Positions 58,021-64,000 of a stretch of 64,000 bases of DNA are shown piece after piece. The position numbers were made by a program, and so were the translations under genes. Under the pieces are notes generated by a model. It had not been told where the DNA came from, searched no databases, and saw only the letters and a program-made list of their open reading frames with translations. Every line of letters starts with the position of its first letter. Positions within the stretch are counted from its first letter, which is position 1. Source of the DNA: an uncultured Bacilli bacterium. Its GTDB lineage: Bacteria > Bacillota_I > Bacilli_A > RF39 > UBA660. The stretch lies in assembly GCA_934095865.1 (NCBI GenBank), contig CAKOKU010000004.1, positions 18,672 through 82,671 on the forward strand, in the 5' to 3' direction.

Positions 58021-58539
58021 TTATTTTAAATATTCAGTATTGACTTTATCCACAGCACTATCTATTTCTTCATCACTATCAGATAAATCAATATAATCAT
58101 CATCTAAATCTTCTACCGGTACTTTTATTTTAGTATCTCCCACTATTTCAATTCCTAATTCTTTATTGATACTTAAATTAACAACACCATCTTTAATAAA
58201 AACATCACTTACAGTTGGTTGTTTAATACTTTTTACAATTACTTCATTACTACTATCTAAGTCACCATTTTTAAGACGCATGGTATCCGTATAATTAAAT
58301 TTCTTATTACTTACCGCCGTTTTACTATCATTATCATATGAATACCAAACATTAACATCAAAACTACCATTAACTAAAACACTATTGCCTAAATTAGTTC
58401 CATTAAAACTATGATTTATTACCCAACAACCTAAAATGGTATTAGGAACTTCTTCTGGTTCTAAAGTATAGGAATTAGTGCTATTTTTCTTACCCTTAGC
58501 AATTACTGCCTTGGTAACAATTTCTTTATAATTCATCAA
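58021..58539 (-). CDS. cotE: Spore coat morphogenetic protein CotE
   Basis: YKEIVTKAVIAKGKK..., ILGCWVINHSF..., DVNVWYSYDNDSKT, and an acidic C-terminal tail. This closely parallels B. subtilis CotE. Confidence 0.85.
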   Translation of the reverse strand: MMNYKEIVTKAVIAKGKKNSTNSYTLEPEEVPNTILGCWVINHSFNGTNLGNSVLVNGSFDVNVWYSYDNDSKTAVSNKKFNYTDTMRLKNGDLDSSNEVIVKSIKQPTVSDVFIKDGVVNLSINKELGIEIVGDTKIKVPVEDLDDDYIDLSDSDEEIDSAVDKVNTEYLK

Positions 58540-58611
58540 ATATCACCCTCTAAAATAATTTATGCTTAAATAGATTGTTAATGACTATTTTTAGAATTAT
58601 TAAAAAAGATC

Positions 58612-58836
58612 TTAATTTATTTTTAAAATGCCATCAAAATTTTTATTATACTCTCTTATAAAATCATTAATTAAAGCATTATCTTTTTTTAGTCTGGAAA
58701 TACGTAAATTTACCTTTTCTATATTATAATCTCTTAATATTTTAAATACTCTTTCTTGCAGTCTTGCCATATTATATTCATTTACTTCTTCATCTAAAGA
58801 TATAAAAAGGGTTTCTTCACTATAAAATATATTCAT
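58612..58836 (-). CDS. Hypothetical 74-aa protein upstream of cotE
   Basis: ORF on the dominant strand. It faintly resembles the first half of a STAS/SpoIIAA-like fold, but I could place no phosphorylatable Ser motif. Confidence 0.45.
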   Translation of the reverse strand: MNIFYSEETLFISLDEEVNEYNMARLQERVFKILRDYNIEKVNLRISRLKKDNALINDFIREYNKNFDGILKIN

Positions 58837-58942
58837 TCTATCACCAGATTAAATATAACAAATTTAATAAAATAATTATATAAATTCGACAAAACCTATC
58901 AAACATTTTAAAAATTAGTGTATAATGAATTTGGTGATTGAT

Positions 58943-60280
58943 ATGAAAATTTTTTTAGCTACTTTACTTAATAAATTTATTACTTTTGGTTGCAAGCTCT
59001 TTAGGCGCAACGGAACCCAATTGCCAGGATGGTTTGTTTTAAAATATTTTGGTGATGATATTATTAACTATGTAAATCTTCCTGATAAAGTAGTTGTCGT
59101 TACTGGTTCTTCTGGTAAAGGCACTACGTGCAGCTTAATTAAGCATATCTTAGAAGATGCCGGCTACTCTGTTTCTCTTAACTCAAATGGCTCTAACGGG
59201 CTTATTGGAGCAACGACTTTAATATTTAATAATTTATCTTTATCTGGCAAATTCAAAAAAGATGTACTTTTATTAGAATGTGATGAAAGATGGATAAAAT
59301 ACATTTTTAGCGTTAAAAAACCAACTCACTTAGTAATTACTAACATTACAAGAGACCAACCTACCCGTAACGGCTCGCCAGAGTTAGTTTTCAATGAAAT
59401 TAAGAAAGGCATTGATGATAGCGTTCATTTAATTATTAATGCCGATGACCCATTAGTTAGTCGTCTAAAGCTTAGTCATCATGGTAAAATAACTACTTAT
59501 GGGGTTCTTAAAACTGATAAGAGCTTTAAAAAGCCAACTTTAAATAATGTTGATTTTGCATATTGTCCAAAATGTCATACTAAATTACATTATAATTATT
59601 ATCATTATGGTCATTTAGGCGATTATTTTTGTCCTAATTGTGATTTTGCTAGAAATCCCCTAGATTATGCAGCTTCCAATGTTGATTTAAAAAAGAAAAC
59701 AATCAAAATAAATGACGTTCAAGTAAATCTTAACAAAAACGCTTTATATACCGTATATGCCACTACGGCGGCTTACAGTGTTGCTAAAACCCTTAATGTT
59801 TCCAAAGAAAAAATTAGCTATGCTCTAAATAAAGATACTATTTCTTCTAAAAGAGGTGAAGTATTAAAAATAGATAATCGTAATATTACGATGTTAGAAA
59901 CAAAAAACGAAAACAATTTAAGTTATTATCAAAGCTTAGAATATATCCGTGAACAAAGTGGCAAAAAAACGGTAATTTTGGGTTTTGAAAACGTTTCCCG
60001 TCGTTATAAAGAAAATGACTTATCTTGGTTATACGATGTCAATTTTGAGCTTCTACAAGATGATAACATTGATAAAATCTTCTGCATAGGTCGTTTCCGT
60101 TATGATGTTGCTACAAGACTAGACTACGCTAATATTCCCAAAAATAAATTAATTTTAGTAGACAATCTAGATAACTTATTAAATTTAGTCAAAGAAAAAT
60201 CACAAGGTGATATCTACACAATGGTTTGTTTTGATATGACAGCCATAATTAAAAAGATGATCAAGGAGGATAAAAAATAA
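58943..60280 (+). CDS. murT: Lipid II isoglutaminyl synthase subunit MurT (Mur ligase family with DUF1727)
   Basis: P-loop VTGSSGKGTT, Cys4 ribbon CPKCHTKL...CPNCDF, and a DUF1727-like C-terminus. ATG at 58943 follows GGTGA (the track ORF begins at 58925). Confidence 0.88.
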   Translation: MKIFLATLLNKFITFGCKLFRRNGTQLPGWFVLKYFGDDIINYVNLPDKVVVVTGSSGKGTTCSLIKHILEDAGYSVSLNSNGSNGLIGATTLIFNNLSLSGKFKKDVLLLECDERWIKYIFSVKKPTHLVITNITRDQPTRNGSPELVFNEIKKGIDDSVHLIINADDPLVSRLKLSHHGKITTYGVLKTDKSFKKPTLNNVDFAYCPKCHTKLHYNYYHYGHLGDYFCPNCDFARNPLDYAASNVDLKKKTIKINDVQVNLNKNALYTVYATTAAYSVAKTLNVSKEKISYALNKDTISSKRGEVLKIDNRNITMLETKNENNLSYYQSLEYIREQSGKKTVILGFENVSRRYKENDLSWLYDVNFELLQDDNIDKIFCIGRFRYDVATRLDYANIPKNKLILVDNLDNLLNLVKEKSQGDIYTMVCFDMTAIIKKMIKEDKK

Positions 60281-60963
60281 TGCTTAAAATATTACATTTA
60301 TATTATGACATCATGAATATGTATGGTGAGTCAGGTAACATAATGGCTCTTAAAGACGCGTTAGATAAAGAAAAAGTTAAATATAAAATTGACTGCAAAT
60401 CATTGCATGATAAAATTAATTTTTTAGAATATGATTTTATTTATATTGGTACTGGTCAAGAAGAATCATACAGTCTTGTATTAGAAGACTTAAAGAAATA
60501 TAAAGAAGATTTAAAAAAATATATAGAAAGTAATAAAATACTTTTAGCCACCGGTAATGCCCTTGATTTATTCAGTGACATTCAAATTTTAAAATTCAAA
60601 AGTAATAAAGAAGATTTTCGCATAATTGGGGAACAAACTTACACATCGAACTTAATAAAACATTATATTATTGGCTTTCAAAATCGTAATACCGTTATTA
60701 AAGAAAATCTAGAAACACCGCTTTTCAAGGTTACCACCGGTACCGGCTATACGCCAAATGAAAAAGAAGAAGGAATTAGAAAAAATAATTTTTATGGAAC
60801 ATACTTACTTGGTCCCTTACTTATTAGAAACCCCTATCTTCTAGAATACTTTGTCCGTACACTATTAGAAAATAAAAAAATGCCTTACAAGGCCTTACCA
60901 CATGATATAGCCTATAAAGCATATAATGAATATTTAAATAATTTTATTAATAAGGAACAGTAA
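60280..60963 (+). CDS. gatD: GatD-like glutamine amidotransferase subunit (CobQ/GATase_3 type), catalytic residues substituted
   Basis: Aligns along its whole length with S. aureus GatD as I recall it. LTICGGYQFLG corresponds to LLATGNALDLF here, and GTYLHGP corresponds to GTYLLGP here. Its start overlaps the murT stop (ATAATG). Confidence 0.8.
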   Translation: MLKILHLYYDIMNMYGESGNIMALKDALDKEKVKYKIDCKSLHDKINFLEYDFIYIGTGQEESYSLVLEDLKKYKEDLKKYIESNKILLATGNALDLFSDIQILKFKSNKEDFRIIGEQTYTSNLIKHYIIGFQNRNTVIKENLETPLFKVTTGTGYTPNEKEEGIRKNNFYGTYLLGPLLIRNPYLLEYFVRTLLENKKMPYKALPHDIAYKAYNEYLNNFINKEQ

Positions 60964-60974
60964 TGTTTCTTTTT

Positions 60975-61358
60975 TTAACGATTAGGATTAGTACGATTCA
61001 AGGCAATCCTTAATTTTCTATAATAATCACCGTTTTCCTTCGGACCATTCCAATCATTAAATTCCTCTTCACTAGTATCAAGCATATAAGCCGCTAGCTC
61101 CTCATCATCAATAACTTCTGTTTCTGGTATATTTAAGCCAAATGGTTCACTTTGTTTAACTGATTTTTCAGCTAGTTCTTGCTCTTCTAACAAGCCCATG
61201 ACTCTATGATATTTATTGTTCAAAGTTACATCCTTCCAATTACTTATTGTCCCAAAACTAGGCTTTTGTTGAAAAGGCCCATACAGTAAATCAATATTAT
61301 CATATATTGTATTAACATACAGCTCACGAGTTTTTTCATCTAAAAAATCTTCTGACAT
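60975..61358 (-). CDS. Hypothetical acidic protein, about 127 aa
   Basis: ATG at 61358 follows AAGGGTG (the track ORF extends to 61388). No family recognised. Confidence 0.5.
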   Translation of the reverse strand: MSEDFLDEKTRELYVNTIYDNIDLLYGPFQQKPSFGTISNWKDVTLNNKYHRVMGLLEEQELAEKSVKQSEPFGLNIPETEVIDDEELAAYMLDTSEEEFNDWNGPKENGDYYRKLRIALNRTNPNR

Positions 61359-61407
61359 ACATAAACACCCTTGAGTAAATATTAACACAAATAAAGTTTT
61401 TATTCAA

Positions 61408-61725
61408 TTAAAATAAGCTAGTAATTATCTTTAAAAAATCATCAATGCCACCATCCATAATTTTATCTAATGAAGTTCCAAGGCTGCTGCCAATTCTTGA
61501 TACCCCCGAAGAATAATCAACATAATCATCAGATAAATAATCTTTTAAATCAATTTCTTTGCCGTCTTTAACATCTTGCTCAAATTCTGCTAATTTTTCC
61601 TCAGTAATCGTTGCCTTTCTTCCCATCTTAACATCATAATACCCAGACTCTAAAGCAATATATAAAGCCATGAAAATAATAAATAAAACAAATAAAATAT
61701 TAAAAAAATAATTTTTCTTTTTCAT
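61408..61725 (-). CDS. Small N-terminally anchored protein, YqxA-like by position
   Basis: 105 aa with one TM segment. It lies immediately downstream of spoIIP, where B. subtilis has yqxA. Confidence 0.4.
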   Translation of the reverse strand: MKKKNYFFNILFVLFIIFMALYIALESGYYDVKMGRKATITEEKLAEFEQDVKDGKEIDLKDYLSDDYVDYSSGVSRIGSSLGTSLDKIMDGGIDDFLKIITSLF

Positions 61726-61794
61726 CTTTTAAAAATAAAAGCTCAATAAATTAACTTTTATTAAGTTTTAACCTCCTAATCATAATTATATGAA

Positions 61795-62745
61795 TCAATT
61801 TTCTTCATTAATTACCTCATAAATAATCTTGGATAAAATATCAATCGTATTAGAAACTTCCAAAATATTATTATACTGGCCACCCATTTCAATTAATAAA
61901 CAGTTTTCATTAAAATCTTGATTATAAATGCCATTAACCCCAGGCCCACTTTTCTTATATATACCTCTAGTAAGCGTAGGATATTTTGCCTTTATTTTAT
62001 CATTTATCTTCGTTGCTAAATCTAAGTTTGCTTGATAATTATCATGCTCTAAGCCAATTAAAAACATCACTTTAGCGTAGTCTTTACCATCTATTGTAGT
62101 CGTAGTCCTTGATTTTACCGACGAATCACGATGAAAATCTATAAAATACTTAAGCGTAGGATTATTTTTATAAGTATCCTCTAAATATATTCTAGAAGCT
62201 TTATATGAATAACGGTATGCCCAGTCATTAGCTTTTAAAATATCACTTATTTTACGACTCTCAACAATTGTATTTACCCCCAAATCATTAAGTTTTTCCT
62301 TCAAATACATACTCCCAATTTTAACATCAGGCTTTATATTATAAACATTTAAATAACTAGTAGCGTACCCTTCCGTATCATGAGTACTATAAATATAAAC
62401 AAGAGGTTTGTCTGTTTTAACCACGTTATCACCATCATTAGAAACGTTATTTTCTATCAAACTAACATCCTTATCAGAATTTATATTTACAATAGACGAA
62501 GTAATAAAAGTTCTGTCAATTTGATTATTAAAACCCGTCTTTAATAAGTAATTAAGATACTCTTCACTAGTTAAATTATTCTTAATCCTATAATATAAGA
62601 ATAAATAGCTTAAGAAAAAACCAACTAAAGCAAATAAAAGAAACATTATTCTCTTTATTTTTTTCATTTCTTTTTTGGTTTTAAATCTTTTTTTCATAAT
62701 CATCACACAAACAGTATATCTTTCTTTAATTAAATATATTGTCAA
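61795..62745 (-). CDS. spoIIP: Stage II sporulation protein P (amidase-fold engulfment hydrolase)
   Basis: N-terminal TM segment, VYIYSTHDTEGY, FIDFHRDS, LIEMGG. The true start is probably an internal Met around 62697..62703. Confidence 0.85.
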   Translation of the reverse strand: MTIYLIKERYTVCVMIMKKRFKTKKEMKKIKRIMFLLFALVGFFLSYLFLYYRIKNNLTSEEYLNYLLKTGFNNQIDRTFITSSIVNINSDKDVSLIENNVSNDGDNVVKTDKPLVYIYSTHDTEGYATSYLNVYNIKPDVKIGSMYLKEKLNDLGVNTIVESRKISDILKANDWAYRYSYKASRIYLEDTYKNNPTLKYFIDFHRDSSVKSRTTTTIDGKDYAKVMFLIGLEHDNYQANLDLATKINDKIKAKYPTLTRGIYKKSGPGVNGIYNQDFNENCLLIEMGGQYNNILEVSNTIDILSKIIYEVINEEN

Positions 62746-62909
62746 AAAAAGAAAGAAATTAACAATTGTAAACTAAAAATTAACTTACGTTGGCCTAATA
62801 AGTAAAAACCTAAAAAATCTTAATATCATTAAAAATATAATAAGTTCCTAAGAATAATTAACAATTAGAAAATTAAAATCTGGAATTAGAGGAAAATCAG
62901 TCAAACACC

Positions 62910-62938
62910 TTGAAAACTAACAAAATATTTGATAAAAT
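62910..62938 (+). promoter_or_regulatory. SigA-type promoter for rpsT
   Basis: TTGAAA (62910..62915), 17-nt spacer, TAAAAT (62933..62938) with TGa extended -10. Confidence 0.55.
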
Positions 62939-62968
62939 CATATAGACATTTAAGGAAGGAGCGAAAGT

Positions 62969-63232
62969 ATGGCTAACATTAAAAGTTCTAAGAAAGCGAT
63001 TAAACAAATCTCTAAAACTACTGCTAATAATCATGAATTAAAAGCAAGAGTTAAGAATACTATTAAGGCTTGTGAAAAAGCAATCGCCGCTAAGAACAAG
63101 GAAGAAGCGACTTCTTTAGTTAAAGAAGTACAAACTACTATTGATAGAGCTGCTGCTAAGGGTCTTGTTAAAAAGAATACAGCTGCTAGACAAAAATCAA
63201 GATTAAATAACAAAGTTAAAGAAATGAACTAG
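62969..63232 (+). CDS. rpsT: 30S ribosomal protein S20
   Basis: MANIKSSKKAIKQ..., 87 aa, basic and helical. Confidence 0.97.
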   Translation: MANIKSSKKAIKQISKTTANNHELKARVKNTIKACEKAIAAKNKEEATSLVKEVQTTIDRAAAKGLVKKNTAARQKSRLNNKVKEMN

Positions 63233-63250
63233 TTGATGTTCATTTTTTTT
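63223..63250 (+). terminator. Intrinsic terminator after rpsT
   Basis: AATGAAC pairs with GTTCATT, followed by T8. The 5' arm overlaps the rpsT stop. Confidence 0.7.
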
Positions 63251-63283
63251 AATATATTTGTTATACTTAATAAGGTGATTTTG

Positions 63284-64000
63284 ATGAAAAAACTTTTAAT
63301 GCCGGCTATTTTAGCCTGTATTGGTGCCTTAATATACTTAAACGTTGATAAAATAACTAATTATATAGTTAATATAATAAATAATAATCATGAATTAATA
63401 ATTTTAGATAGTAATAAATATAAAAAAGATTTTTCTTATGACTTTGTTCAAGTGAGTACTGATTATGTTCCTTACAGTTATCATGACATTGTTAATATAT
63501 TCTATAATATTATTAATAATGGTTGGAATTCATTTACCTTTTATTGTCCTGTTGAATATGAAGAATGTATTGGTGATATCAAAAGCATATCTAATAATGA
63601 CACTTTATTAACCGAAGTTAATAATTATGCTAATCCCTTTAATTCTTTTGAATCAATTGAAACTTTATACGATGATACTGGAGAAGTTACAGTAACTTTA
63701 AAGAAAACATATTCTTCTGATGATATTGCTCTAATAAATCAAAAAATAGATGAAATGTTTGCTAAAGTAATAAAAGATGACATGAGCTTAAAAGATAAAT
63801 TATTAGCGGCCCATGACTATATAGTAAATAATACTAAGTATGATACTGAAAAAAACAATAATGGTTCTAGTAAATATCATAGTAATACAGCTTATGGTGT
63901 TTTTTTAGAAGGTTATGCCACTTGCAATGGATATGCGGATGCCTATGCCCTTGTCTTAGACCGATTAGGAGTTAAAAATTATAAAGTATCAAGTAAGACC
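63284..64000 (+). CDS. Membrane-anchored transglutaminase-like (cysteine protease fold) protein; 3' end outside the window
   Basis: GGTGA RBS, then ATG at 63284. The frame stays open to the window end (239 codons). N-terminal TM segment. GYATCNGYADAYALVLDRLGV matches the transglutaminase-core Cys motif. Confidence 0.65.
   Translation, partial: MKKLLMPAILACIGALIYLNVDKITNYIVNIINNNHELIILDSNKYKKDFSYDFVQVSTDYVPYSYHDIVNIFYNIINNGWNSFTFYCPVEYEECIGDIKSISNNDTLLTEVNNYANPFNSFESIETLYDDTGEVTVTLKKTYSSDDIALINQKIDEMFAKVIKDDMSLKDKLLAAHDYIVNNTKYDTEKNNNGSSKYHSNTAYGVFLEGYATCNGYADAYALVLDRLGVKNYKVSSKT

Noticed and set aside
1457-63213. Short antisense or shadow ORFs from the track: 1457..1657, 2202..2414, 9227..9415, 12198..12443, 21407..21613, 30495..30689, 37163..37375, 39225..39467, 39893..40108, 40147..40401, 41896..42288, 42688..42888, 42755..42937, 48657..48839, 50280..50462, 50811..51032, 52211..52432, 54285..54563, 54677..54913, 63031..63213.
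   Set aside because: Each lies entirely within, or largely antisense to, a well-supported conserved gene. They lack ribosome-binding sites and have low-complexity translations typical of AT-rich shadow frames.
1-64000. Alternative genetic code (UGA as Trp, as in Mollicutes), given the very low GC content.
   Set aside because: Conserved genes are full-length under code 11, Trp positions use TGG, and TGA terminates rseP at 5232..5234 ahead of an intergenic promoter.
1-64000. CRISPR arrays, IS elements or transposases, integrated prophage, toxin-antitoxin pairs, tRNA or rRNA genes.
   Set aside because: I saw none while reading the intergenic regions and ORF translations. The only recombinase is the Xer-family gene. 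This was a visual scan, not an exhaustive computational search.

Overview
About 64 kb of chromosome from a low-GC (roughly 30% by eye), endospore-forming Bacillota, probably Bacilli- or Erysipelotrichia-like. The standard code 11 applies: TGA is used as a stop and Trp is TGG. The content is almost all housekeeping and sporulation genes, with clear Bacillus subtilis-like micro-synteny: dnaB-dnaI; uppS-cdsA-rseP; rpsB-tsf; queA / spoVB-like / comN-like / relA / dtd / hisS ... 6S RNA-tcdA(yrvM)-rarA(yrvN); nusB-xseA-xseB ... spoIVB; rsmH-ftsL-PBP2B; cvpA / rnhC; cotE; murT-gatD; yqxA-like / spoIIP / rpsT. I saw no tRNA, rRNA, CRISPR array, transposase or prophage module.

The main result is that the window appears to span the replication terminus:
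- A canonical 28-bp dif site sits at 33566..33593, inside a 584-bp very AT-rich gene desert between convergent genes.
- It lies about 1 kb from a XerC/D-family recombinase gene.
- It lies exactly where coding-strand polarity flips: 28 of 32 CDS are on + to its left and 30 of 38 are on - to its right.

Other items worth follow-up:
- An ssrS-like 6S RNA that the ORF track cannot show.
- An orphan HerA/FtsK-clade ATPase inserted into a conserved block.
- A MurT/GatD pair whose GatD has lost both catalytic residues.
- A translationally coupled, degenerate RnfC-like/RnfD-like pair with no other rnf genes.
- A solitary RlmN/Cfr-like radical SAM enzyme.
- Ribosomal protein S2 with a Rho_N-like tail.
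- A 44-codon repeat-containing Asn/Lys/Cys-His peptide gene with a strong RBS.
- Several small genes below the ORF-track cutoff (rpmG and a 32-aa membrane peptide).

I did not identify a multi-gene defence-type system. The candidates for novel biology are single genes or gene pairs and are flagged as inference.
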